Below, one piece after another: positions 35,891 through 48,800 of a stretch of DNA of 64,000 nucleotides. The position numbers and the translations under genes are program-made. Positions within the stretch are counted from its first letter, which is position 1. Every line of letters begins with the position of its first letter. Source of the stretch: Geosiphon pyriformis uo1 (lineage: Eukaryota > Fungi > Glomeromycota). The DNA lies in NCBI GenBank assembly GCA_016748015.1, contig JAAOMT010000034.1:372001-436000 (forward strand). The letters are read 5' to 3'. The notes beneath the pieces were generated by a model. The model searched no databases. It was not told the origin of the DNA and saw only the letters and a program-made list of their open reading frames with translations.

Positions 35891-38800
35891 ACGTGTGGAA
35901 CTTTTAACAAATGATTAGAAAAAGCCTCAGTACTTGAATTTGAAGAAGAGAAAGAAATGCCACTTACTGAAACCTACATGGCTCTTGAATCAACATCTAA
36001 TTGGGCTGAGAAAACAGAACAAGAAATCTTTAAAGAATCAAGAGGATAAAAGAAAGTTAGATTCTACACCAGAATTATGAGAACAATCACCCTACATTTC
36101 ACTTAAATTCAAAGATTGTAACAAAAAACTTTCATCAATAGGAGCTTGTATTTCACCCAAAGAAGAATATGGAAATCATATCTGTTACTATTGCAAATCC
36201 TGTTACCAAGAACAATGGGAACACCTAGTCAAAAGAAGTGGAAAATGGAACAGAATGTCCTGTTTGACTTGTAGAAAATGATTACCTGATGAATACAACT
36301 GGATTGATGTTGCATTCAGAGGAGGAATCTGTGATCAAACATGCCAATATGCTCTTTTAATCTCAGAAAAAGTAACAAGAGGAACTTCTTTTGATGCTGC
36401 TTACAACAATGCCCTCAACAAACTGTACAATTACTCTCATGATGCCGAAATGATTTTCGATCTAGCAATGGCTTTAATCAACAGAGCCACTCAGGAAAAT
36501 GTTCATCAAATAAAAGAATCAGAATACATTGCATATATTTTTGAAATCACTGAATACAACTATGAAGATAAAGTAGAAGTATATCACCAAATTGTCAGTC
36601 ACACTTACCCGACCAAAGAAGCTCAAGCTCAATGGCTAGAGCAAATGAACATTAAATTGTGTGAAGAATGCATAATGCCTTGTGATGAGCAATGGTGCTC
36701 TGAATGCTATGCTCTTAGCATTCCCCTGTCCAGTAATGAAAATGAAATTGAATTTAGAGAACCTGAAGCAACAGAAGAAATTGAAGCAACACTCATCTAT
36801 CTCATCAAAAATCAGCCTGTCTTACAACTCAAATACTTCAACAACAATGGACAAGGAATAAAACCTGAAAAAGCACATGAAATTGATGCTGAATATGACT
36901 TAAGATATCCAGACAAGGATACTTTTGTCCTCAAACCCAAATCTCTCACAAAAATCAACTTCAAAATTGCCCTCAAAATCCTGCCAAGAGCAATGGTTCA
37001 AATCGCCTCCTAGTCCTCTCTGGCAAGCAAAAGAATCAATGTTAAAGGAGGAATAATCGATGCTAGATATACTGGTAACATAACAGTAATACTCCAAAAT
37101 GAAACTGATAAACCTTTCAAAATTGAACATGCCGAAAAAATTGCTCAAGCTATTTATTTACTCTTAATCAACATTTCGGGTTTACAGTTAGTCAATCAAA
37201 GAGAACAATTGGGAAAAAGTGAAAGAGGAACACAAGATTTTGGTTCAACTGAACAATTCACAGTTCCAGTAAACATAGCTTTCAATGAACAGAAAGAATC
37301 TCACCAGCTTCTACAACTTCCACAACCAATTATCATTTCATCCTTTGGAGAACATTATGAAGTTTACACATGTGAAAACTCCATGACTACTCAACAAATC
37401 TTCGAATCCAATGAACAAATTTGCTTAGAACACAACATTTTAATCTCAAACATCTATGTTCCAAGAGAAGCAAAGAAAGTTCAAGTTACTTTTTACAATC
37501 CCAACCATCAACCCGTTATTTTATTGAACATGTTAGAAATAAGAGTCATTGACAGCAACATCTTTCAGCAAGAACAACCTCAAACAGTTTTAAATTTCTC
37601 AGAAATCATCAAACACTCTTTACCAAAAATCAGCCCCAAACCAAGCTCTGAAAACTACCATGTTGTCATGAAAAAACTATCTCAAATCAACATGGGACAA
37701 CTTGAACCACAACAACAGAGCCAGCTTAAAGAACTAATTGCAGAATTTGCTGATATCTTTGCCGAAAACAACAATGACTTAGGAAGGACCAATTTGGTTC
37801 AACACCAAATCTATACAGAAGATGCCAAATCAAGGCAACAACAAGCCTACCAAGTTGCTCCAGAAAGTCACCAATTTATCCGAAAAGAAGTACAATGGAT
37901 GCTTAACAATAGGCTTATTCAACCATCAATGAGTCCATAGACCTTACCTGTGGTTCTAGTTAAAAAGAAAAATGGAAAAATACGATTTTGTGTTGATTAT
38001 CAACAGTTCAACAGTATCACTATTGGAGATGCCTATTCTCTTCCCTGAATTGATGACATGTTGAATGCTTTTGGAAAGTCCAAATACTTTTCGACATTAG
38101 ATTTAGAGAGTGAATACTGGCAAGTTGCTATGGATTCCAAAAATCACCCCAAAACAGCATTCACCACTCAAGAAGGAAATTACGAATTCAACATAATGCC
38201 TTTTGGATTATGCAATGCACCCGCAATATTCCAAAGACTCATGGATATTGTTTACAAAGGCCTCCTTTGGAAATCAGTAGTCGTTTTTCTTGATGATACT
38301 GATGTTTATTTACCATCTTTTGAATTACACTTAAAACACCTGCAAGAAGTTTTTCAACAATTACGGAAAGCAGGACTGAAACTGAACATTGAAAAATACT
38401 ACTTTGGAAAAACAAGTTTGGCTTTTCTTGGTCATATTGTTAGCAAAGATAGAATTAAACCAGACCCTGGAAAAATCAGCACTGTTAAAAACTTCAAGAC
38501 TCCACAAAATACCACAGAATTAAAAAGATTTATTGGATTAGCATCCTATTACTGAAAATTCATCAGAGGATTTTCGGAAATCGCAAAACCCTTCAACCAG
38601 CTCACTACTAAAAACATTGAATACAAATGGACAAAAGAACACCAAAATGTCTTCAAGATACTTAAGAAAAAACTCACAACAGCTCTAATTTTTGCCTACC
38701 CAGATTTTAGCAACTGATTCCAGTTAGCAACAGATGCCTCTTATACTGTCTTTGGTGCCATCCTATCACAGTTAGATGACAATAGAAATGAGCGAGTAAT

Positions 38801-39144
38801 TGCTTATGCTAGCAGAATATTAAAACCAGCCAAAAAGAACTACCCTACAATAGAATTAGAAACTGCAGCTGTAATTTGGGCCTTACACCACTTCAACCTT
38901 TATCTCAGGCCTAAAGAATTCGATATTATCACTGATAATATTGGACTCAAATGGCTTTAGAACAAAAACACCCAGCTGAATGCAAAACAAACCTAATGGA
39001 CAGAATTTTTAGCCAACTACCGATACATTGTACACCACAAACCAGGAAAATTCCACACTAAAATTGATTGTTTCTCAAGAATGAGACAAGATTAGAAAAC
39101 AAAATCAACACCTATTTGAATTAAAAACAACAAAACAACAAACA

Positions 39145-40530
39145 ATAAACCCTGAAAACTACCACAATCTTAAACAATATTTGGAAACATTAACAATCCC
39201 AACAGATTGGTTTTCAGATGAAAAACATCGACTACAACAACAAGCCAAACAATATTTTCTACACAACAACATTATTTATTATCGAAATTTCAAAAACTCA
39301 GACAAACCACTCAGATTAATACAAGAACACGAAAAAGAGACTATATTATACAACATGCACTCAGATCTTTCATCAGCACACTTTGGAAAAGACAACACCA
39401 TCCAAAGAACACTAGAATACTATTTTTGGCCCCAAATGAGAAGAAACATACATCAATATGTTGAATCTTGTGATAGTTGTCAAAAAAGAGGAGAAACACG
39501 CCCTACTGAACCTTTAAATCTAATCAAATTTGGACAACCTTTTGACTGAGTTGGTATTAATTTAGTCGGACCACTACCTATTACCACACAAAGAAACCAA
39601 TACATAGCAGTAGCAATAGATTATCTTACCAAATGGCCCAAAGCCAGAGCTATTCAATAAGCAGATGCAAAATCAGTAGCAAATTTTATCTATGAAGATA
39701 TTATTTGTAGACATGGATGTCCAATTGAACTTTTATCTGATCTGGGAACACATTTTGTGAACAACCTGATACAAAAAATTTGTGAACAATTTAATGTCAA
39801 AAGATCTTTATCTTTACCCTACCATCCACAGACAAATGGATTAGTAGAACATTTCAACAAAACATTGTGTGAATCACTAGCCAAAGTCTCAACAGATTTT
39901 GAACAGAAATAGAATATCTTTATTCTATCAGTGTTACTAACATATAGAACACTAAAACAAGATACAATGAAACACACACCATTTGATTTTACTTATGGAA
40001 GAACAGCAAAACTATCAATTGAATTCACAGTGGAAACATATCCAGTACAACCAATCACAGAAGAAAACTTACAAAAAACACTTCAGCGAAGAGCTTATAC
40101 TTTTTTCAGTACTTTAGAAGGAAAAAGATATATAGCAGCCACCCACATTGAAAATTTACAAGCCCAACAAAAAGAAAGACATAACAACAAACTGTCACCA
40201 GTTACAAATAAATTTAAAGTTGGAAATAAAGTTCTTTTACACCAAACTAAGGCTAAAAAACAATGGAGTGGAAAATTTGAACATAAATAGGATGGACCAT
40301 TTTTTATCTAGGAAGTTCTAGGCAATGGATTATACAAGTTAAGACTTGATGACAAAATCCTAGCAAAAGTTGCACATAGAGATCGTCTAAAACACTATTA
40401 TTTCAAAAACAATCCTGAACTATTAATTCCACAAATTGGTACACATTCCCCTTTAATTAAGCCCGAAAATATTCCCCAAAATTTAGAACCAATAGTTGTT
40501 ATTGAACAACCTTTCAACTTGAACACTTAA
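39145..40530 (+). pseudogene. Element A stand-alone integrase ORF (461 codons)
   Basis: HHCC (MHSDLSSAH...CDSC), DDE core, GPF module. The start is ATA where B has ATG. Contains internal stops. Confidence 0.88.
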
Positions 40531-40680
40531 TTTAAATTTACTATAGTTATTCCCTTATAAATTAAAAATAATTTTACAAAAACAAAACAAAACAAAACAC
40601 ACTGAAAAACAAAAATAACATAAAAACCCACATACCAAAAATAATTTCAATCTATTTTTTTTTTTGCTCAAATTTTTATA

Positions 40681-41400
40681 ATGACTATCCCTCAAAATAT
40701 TCAACAAATATCTCAAAAATTAATGCTAGCTTTAAAAACAATACCCAAATTATTTATCACTATTACAGGAAAACATATTAATTATACCCAAACAGAAATA
40801 GTTGTCAATTTAGCCCCAAATTCCCGAAATTATCACCCCTACAAAAAGAACACAAGAAGTTATTCTGGAATTTATCTACCAGAACTTTTGAAGCTTGCTT
40901 TAAGAGAAAATTTAATGTTCATTCCTATTAGTATTTCACCAAATGCTACTATTCAACAAAAACTTCAACTGTGTCTTAATGAAAAAAACCATGACTATAC
41001 TCCAATATATAGATATTTCTACATTGAAAAAACACTTCATGAACGAAAATGGGAGCTTACAGCAGCAAATCTCACAAAAGAAGCTATTCAGAAACAACTA
41101 CACAATAAATTCAAAACAACAGCTGGACTTACAAACAGTTACTATAAACTAAGAGCTGCTCTTAGACTTTATGACCTATTCCACATCTGTGAAAACGTCC
41201 TACAAAACCCAATTTTACAACCTTTAAAGATTCAATACATTGGAAAGCTCACAGAACTGAAATTTCAACAATTTTCAGACCAAATTTCTTTAATAATTTT
41301 GGATTATTATCTGGAAATTACAGACAGTACTTGGACTTTGATGGAGTTCAGTCTTGAGGAGGAAGTTATGTTACCAGACAAAATTAGAGATATTATTTAG
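40681..41400 (+). CDS. Element A accessory ORF3, 239 aa, unknown function, overlapping PPT and 3' LTR
   Basis: Intact ATG-to-stop frame. Homologues sit at the same position in B and C. Confidence 0.85.
   Translation: MTIPQNIQQISQKLMLALKTIPKLFITITGKHINYTQTEIVVNLAPNSRNYHPYKKNTRSYSGIYLPELLKLALRENLMFIPISISPNATIQQKLQLCLNEKNHDYTPIYRYFYIEKTLHERKWELTAANLTKEAIQKQLHNKFKTTAGLTNSYYKLRAALRLYDLFHICENVLQNPILQPLKIQYIGKLTELKFQQFSDQISLIILDYYLEITDSTWTLMEFSLEEEVMLPDKIRDII
41356..41365 (+). other. Polypurine tract of element A
   Basis: GAGGAGGAAG then TTA then the LTR. Equivalents at 27021-27030 (B, -) and 53355-53364 (C). Confidence 0.85.
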
Positions 41401-42349
41401 CATGAAATTATCTTTATAATTCCTATCATTAATTAGCATATATTATTATTCAAAATTATTACTCATTACATTAGCAAAATGTCCAAAATTATCATTTAAT
41501 TAATAACTCAATTTGTACATAACATAAATGTAACCTAATTGCAATGATTAATCATGCAATATCCCGAACTATATAACATTCAAAAAGTTTGCCAAAATTT
41601 GTAGAAATTCGCCGAAATAATTGATAGTTCACTGAAATATCTAATAGTTCACAGAAATAACTTGTAGTTCACCAAAATGTATTTTTAGTTCAACAAAATT
41701 GTAGAAAATAGCAGAGTTCAAGTTCAGAGAATAGTGTTATGACAAGTTGTATAAAAGAAGAGCTTTTCTCTTTGAGAAAATGTATCTTACTTTAGATTTA
41801 ACAATTAGAATCATTCTTTACACACAAAAACAAAATAAATATCAAATAATTTGAAAAACCAAATTCTTTAATTATTACACTTGGAAAATTCTCAAAACCC
41901 AACTAACATTTTGAAATTGATTAGCTACCAATTTCAATAAACTGTTAGTGACTCCAGGCCTGAATCAAAAATAATTTCCTTGACAGAATTCAATTTTCTT
42001 TTACATTTCTTTTATTTTTCTTTTATTTTCTTATCATAATCATTAAGGTAATCTACAGACAAAATTCCTGTAAAAGAGTTGATTTTCACAGCAAAGTAAC
42101 TACACATTTTTAGTGAGCTTTCAGATGAGCAATTCCTGGGAAAAAGTTGACGTTTACTACAATGTAACTACATAAAGCAACTGGCATGGAATTGGCCATT
42201 CCACTTATAAGCCCAGCAGTTCAAATTATAAGAGATAATTTGAAGATAAATTCAATTATTGGAGGTTTAACTACTTCTAAAAAACGTGAATTTACAGCAA
42301 ACAAACATCAATAACCATTAAAAAAAGAGACCAAAAACCTCCAGTAACA
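41369..42349 (+). repeat. 3' LTR of element A (981 bp)
   Basis: Direct repeat of 22648-23623, differing by transitions and a 5-nt indel. Confidence 0.97.
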
Positions 42350-44813
42350 CTGTGAACAATTTTTTGGCTGGAGTGGTGAAAATTTTTTTGGAAAATGAGT
42401 TGTTATTGGCAAACAATTTGCCTAATGCCTTTTATAGATCTGGTAATTTTCTGATGTCTAGTATCTTGAATCAGTCTTTGTATTACAAATCTGTTCTTTT
42501 ATTGAAGCAGTTTAGCATCACATTTGGTAATAGACTTTTAGACAAGAAAGGGAATATGATGGACTGGAAAACATTTTGGCATTGGAAACAGTTAGATTCA
42601 AAGGGCCCTGTGTCTTACTGGTTTATATTGGTATCTGAGTTTATGTCCAAATCTGTTTCTTTGAAAGTTGGGACTACTGCTGTTTATGAGAAAAATATGC
42701 TAAATGTTCTGAATTCTGAAAAGTTCTCTAATGTTTATAATTGTTTAATAGGTATGTGATCTGATTACATTGAAATCTATATAAATAGGTTCTTAAAAGA
42801 TGCTGGTTCTGTTAAGGTGACAGGTAAGGCAGCTGCTTACTTTTTAGCTGCAAACATAAGTATTAAGATTAGAATGGCCAGGCTTCTGTCTTCTACTTTA
42901 ACTAAATTGCAAGCTATAGCTTTGGCTTTGGAGTGTGTTCTATTTTTATGCTCTGTGGTTTTGTACTTGGACAGCCAATTTGCAATTAATGTCTATGTGT
43001 CTGAGGCTTCTTTTACTGCACCCAACTTTCATAGCCAATGTTAGATTGAAAGATTGCAGATAGTTAATTTCCTTAGGGTAAAAGATATTTCAATTAAGTG
43101 AGTAAAGTTTAAGAGACATTCAGATATACCAGGTAATATTAAGGCTGATACATTGGTTAGTAAAGCCACTTTCTCATTTTTTTCTTTGCCAGTTAATATT
43201 CAAAAAAGGTTTTTGGTTACTGAAAAAACTGCTGTATCTGGCAATGTTTGTTATTTTGTTTATAATCTGTACTGATTAATTTGCTGTGCTCATTGAAAAA
43301 CTGGTCTTGGTTTTGATATAATTCCAAATGCTATGATTAAAGAAATAGATTGGAAGACTATTACAAAGATTTGGCACTCTGATTTACATATGCTTTTTGA
43401 ATTTACTAGTACGAAATTGGCCAATTTGCACACATATTTAATGAAGACTATTTATAGATAACTGCCAGTTGTAGTTAAGAAAAGATTGTATAACAGAGAT
43501 TATTCTAGGGTGTTATGCTTGCAGTGTGATAAGATAAAGTTATCTGATTATGTTTTTACTTGTTCTGGTAACTCTGGTTTCTATGGAGATATTTTGGTTG
43601 AAGTTGCTAAAAAATGGGTGTTGTTGTTTAGTTTTTTATATTCATCTACTTCTATTATTTTATGTTCACTTTCAATGTGTTTTTCGAATATAAAACTATA
43701 CACAACTGTTTGCAAGAGTTTTGTGTTAAGAGATTGGTATGCTGAGGCTGTTTTGGTTTTTGAAAGAAAGAGAAAAACCATTCAGACCCTTGTAAAATAT
43801 GTTAAATTTGTGGTGGAGTTGTATCATACTAAGGTACAAATTGTTAGGACCAAACATAGAGTAGATATAGAAAAAACTGGCTTAATTAGAGATAATAGTG
43901 TGGTTTTGGGCATGTCTTGTTATATAGTATTTATGTTATTGATTGGAATTGTTCATATGCTTAGTATTATAGAATCTTTTATTGTTAAGTTTGATAGATG
44001 CAAATTGTGTTATTTTTTTTCTGGTTTAGGTGGTAATATATTTGTTAGCATAGATATATAATGTTGTCTTGTCTGGCTCAAGTGGCTGGTCACATGTAGT
44101 AAATACATGAGTTGTGTTTAGTTTGTTCTATTTAATTTGATTCTATATTCTAGATAGCAGTTGAACTTCACTTATAAAACTTGTAAAAAAAAAAAAAACT
44201 TATTATAATATAATTATAAAAGATTTTAAAATAAATATAGCTAGTTTTTTAAATAAATTAAAATAATATTATAATTTAAAATTACAAAAAACATAAATAC
44301 TATTAACAAATTCAAAAAAAACAAAAAACAAAAAATCTATAAATTTAAAATTAAACAACAATACTTATAAGCAGACCAACCAAAACCAATAGAAGTTTAA
44401 GTTGGGTAATACAGATGAGATTCAATGGTTGAGTTTCAGAGAATGTTCTTTTGCTGAGTTATTAGTTAGATCAAACATGTTTGAAAATGCAAAAAACAAT
44501 AAAGATTTAGATACAATGTGGAAAATGCTGGAGAAAGCCATAGGACAGGCTGCTAATATAGTGTTCTCTAAGATTTGATATAGTGAATATATTTGTTTAA
44601 GAAATAAATATTCTTCAAAATTCTTTAAATTGGAGTGGCTTGTTACAAAGATTATAAAAAGTTGGAATTCTGAAGATCTTTTGAATTTTGACTGTCTTGT
44701 TAAAATTTGGTTAGCTATTGATAAGATTAAAGTGTTCAAGGTTATTACTATGGTTTTAAATAATGCAAGTTCAATGGATTTAATTAAGCATCTGTTAATA
44801 GTATGGAAAATGT

Positions 44814-45764
44814 TGTTACCAGTGGAATTTTAGCTATTAATTAGCACGAAATTATCTTCATAATTCCTATTATTAATTAGCATATTATTATCATTTCGAT
44901 TATCACTTTTTAAATTAGCCAAATTATCAAATATCATTACTTAATCAATAATCCGATTTGTACTCTAGAAATTAAGATGATCAAATTACACAATATCCTG
45001 AACCATTTAACATAGTCAAAATTCGCCGAAATAATCAATAGTTCAGTGAAATAACTTGTAAATTTACTGAAATGTATCTTTAGTTCACCCAAATTGTAGC
45101 AAAGAGAAAAGTGCAAGTTCAAAAACTAGTACTACAACAAGTTGTATAAAAAAAAAGCTTTTTTCTTCAAGAAAATGTATCCTTCCCATATTTTACCATA
45201 GTATCTTACTTTAGATATCTTAATTGAAACAAATCACTTTTTACAAAATCAAATAAAAATTAAATATTCGAAAACCAAATCCTCAAAATTATTACACTTG
45301 AAATTCCCTCAAACACAACTAACGTTTTGAAATTGATTAGCTACCAATTTCAATAAGCTGTTAGTGACTCCAGGCCTGGATAAAAAACGTTTCCCTTGAT
45401 AAAATCCTATTTCTTTTACATTTTTTTTATTTTTCTTTTCTTTTCTTATTACAATCATTAGAGTAGCCTACAGACAAAATTCTTGTAGAAAAGTTGACTT
45501 TCACAGCAAAGTAACTACACATTTTTAGTGAGCTTCCAGACAAGCAATTCCTGGGAAAGAATTGATGTTTACTACAACCTAACTACATAAAGTAACTGGC
45601 AAGGAATTGGCCATTTCACTTATAAGCCCAGCAGTTCAAATTATAGGAGATAATTTGAAAATAAATTCAGTTATTGGAGGTTCAACTACTTCTAGAAAAC
45701 ATGAATTTGCAACCAACAGACATTTACAACATTCAAGAAAAGAGACCAAAAACCTCTGATAACA
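44814..45764 (+). repeat. 5' LTR of element C (951 bp)
   Basis: Matches 53368-54337 except that it lacks one 20-nt U3 repeat unit. Confidence 0.96.
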
Positions 45765-45809
45765 TTTGGTGCTCTCCCACAGAAATAACACAGCAACAAC
45801 AAATTCAAA

Positions 45810-48800
45810 GTGGCGACCACACTAGACACAACAACTCTAGAGTATTATCAGTCAATTTACACCCACTGCAAGCAAAGATTCAACATCCCAGACGGAATTG
45901 AAGTTGTCAAGAAATCAGTATACCAATACATTAAAAATTGCATCAACAATTATCTTTTTAGAAACTACAACATTTCAGAAGTTAGAAACAACTTCTACAA
46001 TAATTTAGTGCACTATTCACAATTGGAAACAGAAGACCTGAACAGTGAAACACTTGCTACCTACTTCCAAGAACTTAATTTTAATATTATTGAGTATTGT
46101 GAAGAAAAATACCCAGTACAGTCCAAATACTCTTTTAACTTTAAATCAGAAACAGAGACAAGCAACAAAGACAAACAAAAAGTGAAACAATACTCAAGAA
46201 CCACTCCAAACACTTCAATACTACCAAAGACAACTGCCAAACACTTGCAAACACCTGAACAAAGAACCAGTGTCAAATTACCACTTTTTATTACACTATT
46301 TCCAATTTCATTTGTTCAACCACAAACACCAAGTTTACCACTTAACCGTTTTTCTAGACCAAAAGATTTTCAGTCACCTAGAAATCCTATTCAAAAACAA
46401 GAAGCAATATCAACAAGTGCCAATATCATTAATTACTTACAAGAAAACGAAAGTAATTATTCAGAAAGCTTGGAAAGTGAAGAAACTGAATCAGAACCAG
46501 AAGAAATCACAAGAAATAAAGAAAAAATGGCAACTGCTTACATTGCAAAAATTCCAGAATTCACTGGTGAAGACAATAAACCAGTTCTCAAGAATGGCTT
46601 GACAAAGTTCAAAAAGCAAGAAATGCAAATGGTTGGATTATAGCAAGAATGCTCAAAGCAATTTTCTACTTTCTCTAAGAAACAGCAGAAGAATAGGTTG
46701 AAAATTTAGAAGAACTATTTGAGAACTGGCAAGCATTCAAAGATGCTTTTTTATAACAATTCACTAACAATAACATCTTTATCACTCTCCACAATCACTT
46801 TTGCAATATCAAACAAGAAACATTTGAAACTGTCATAACCTATCTTGAGAGATTTAACAAACTTTTTCAACGAATTTGACAATTGGAAACCAATGACTAC
46901 TATTCTAATGCTCAGATTCTGGATCAGTTTATAGCAGGATTAAAAGACAAATTGATTAAGAAAGTTTATCCACATGCACTAGCAGACTTAGTAACTGCCA
47001 TCAAACATGCAAAAAACTATGAAATGGCTATGGAAGAAGCAAACCACACCAAACTCGTTAACCTAGCTATTGGAGAAACCAGTTCAGTAGCTGAAGAGAA
47101 GATAGACCAACTCACAAAGAAGGTTAAAAGCTACTTTACAAACCAACAACAACAGCAACAACAACCACAAAGATATCAACCCTCACAATGACACAACCAA
47201 AACAATTTTGGATTACCATCCAACAACCAATCTCAAAATTGTCATTATTGTGGAATTCCAGGATACTGGAAACAAGATTGTAGAAAATTACAAAGAGATC
47301 AACAAAACAGGAGTAATTAATGTTACTTTTCACCACAACAATCTTATTATCAATCTTTACCACCAACCTATTATTCACCAAGACCACAAAATCAAAACAG
47401 TTACTATCAACCAGCTTTACAACCAATGCAGCAACAATATCAGCAATTTTTACCAATTCAGCCATATCAGACACCACTCACTTAACAATATCAAGTACCA
47501 GCAAGAAGATTGGTTCAACATAACCAATTCACATCCCAAAATCAATTTCAGAATAACAACAACAGAATCAATTTAAATAACCAGTTGGTTCCCCAAAATT
47601 CTGGTCAGCAAAGACCCAATCACTATTACACTTAATCCAGTTATCTTACAATACCAGAGGAATTGAATTTTCAACAACCTGCATTTTCTGAAGGTAAAGT
47701 TGTAGCACCTAAATCAAACCCTTCCAACAACACTATTCCACCAGCTTAAATTGCCCAAAATGCCAACCTTTCAGATATATTCTCATTCGAATTTGAAGCA
47801 AATAAATCACCATTCTTGCTTAGTAATGCAGCAGCTAATGAACAAAAAGCTATCACTGCCATGTACACTAAAGCTATAGTAGAAAGAAAACCCATCTGAC
47901 TAATTCTAGACAGTGGATCAGCTGGAAGTATTATTACCTACCAGTTAATACAACAGCTTCAAAGAACTGTTGACAGACCAGCCCAAACTGTAATTGTTAT
48001 AACAGATAGTATAAAAAAGACACCAATAGGAGAAATTAACAATTTTCTATTCACCATTGATAGAATCACCATTCCAGTCAAAGTTCTAGTCATGGATACA
48101 CCCCAATACCAAGCTCTGGTTGGAAATGATTGGCTTCTTAAGGCCAATGCAAACTTGGACTGGAAAACTCAGAAATTAAAAATCTTATACCAAGGACAAT
48201 ACACCATAGTACCTGCTATTTGTGGTACTTTTAACAAACAATCAGAAAAAGCCCCAGTATTTGAATTTAAAGAGAAAAAAGAAATGCCACTTACTAAAAC
48301 CTACATGGCTCTTGGATCAACATCCAATTGGGCTGAAGAAACAGAACAGGGGATTTTTGAAGAATTAAGAGGATGGAAGAAAGTTAGATATTTTACACCA
48401 GAACCACAGAAACAACCACTCTATATTCTACTCAAATACAAAGATTGCAATAAGAAACTTTCATCAATAAGAGCATGTATTTTTCCAGAAGAGAAATATG
48501 AAACTCGTACCTGTTACTTTTGCAAAGCATGCCATAGAGAACAATTTAGATCTCCAAAAAGAAGTGAAAAATAGGACAACACATTTTGCCTTACATGTGG
48601 AGATATGTTACCAGAAGAATACAACTGAATTGATGTTGCAATGAGAGGAGGAGTATGTAATCAAACCTGTCAATATGCTCTATCAATTTCGAAAAAAGTC
48701 AGAAGAGGAACACCATTTAATGCAGCATACAACAGTGCTCTCAATAAACTTTACCACTACTCTTATGATGCTGAAATGATTTTTGACCTAACAATGGCAT

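Larger units (their letters stand above)
23670..39095 (+). pseudogene. Element A polyprotein: N-extension, Gag, protease, Cys-rich domain, dUTPase, RT, RNase H (interrupted by element B at 26029-35890)
   Basis: GTG at 23670 and first in-frame ATG at 24348. CCHC CHYCGIPGH.KRDC, protease ILDSES, dUTPase at 36861-37253, RT FLDD, RNase H ATDAS. Terminal SRMRQD-TAG at 39093-39095. ORF fragments share a frame apart from a small indel. Confidence 0.9.
22648..42349 (+). mobile_element. Ty3/Gypsy-like LTR retrotransposon A (about 9.8 kb plus nested element B)
   Basis: Paired LTRs with TGTTACC...GTAACA termini, 4-bp TSD CTGT (22644-22647, 42350-42353), PBS, PPT, and PR-RT-RH-IN domain order. Confidence 0.97.
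17700..44198 (+). mobile_element. Degenerate full-length LINE (segments about 17700-22647 and 42354-44198) split by LTR element A
   Basis: ORF1 remnant from 17825. ORF1/ORF2 junction ATAA at 19668-19671. APE GGNFNE and RT AAGVFVDDTIW. The reading ...LSSV|NNFLAG... resumes exactly after element A. RNase H remnant, stop at 44059-44061, 3' UTR and poly-A at 44185-44198. The 5' end is approximate. Confidence 0.92.

Noticed and set aside
40290-40530. Chromodomain at the integrase C-terminus
   Set aside because: Only a GPF module and a short Pro-rich tail are present; no chromodomain aromatic-cage motif is visible.
40681-41400. ORF3 as a retroviral-type env
   Set aside because: Too short, with no signal peptide, transmembrane segment, cleavage site or Cys pattern.
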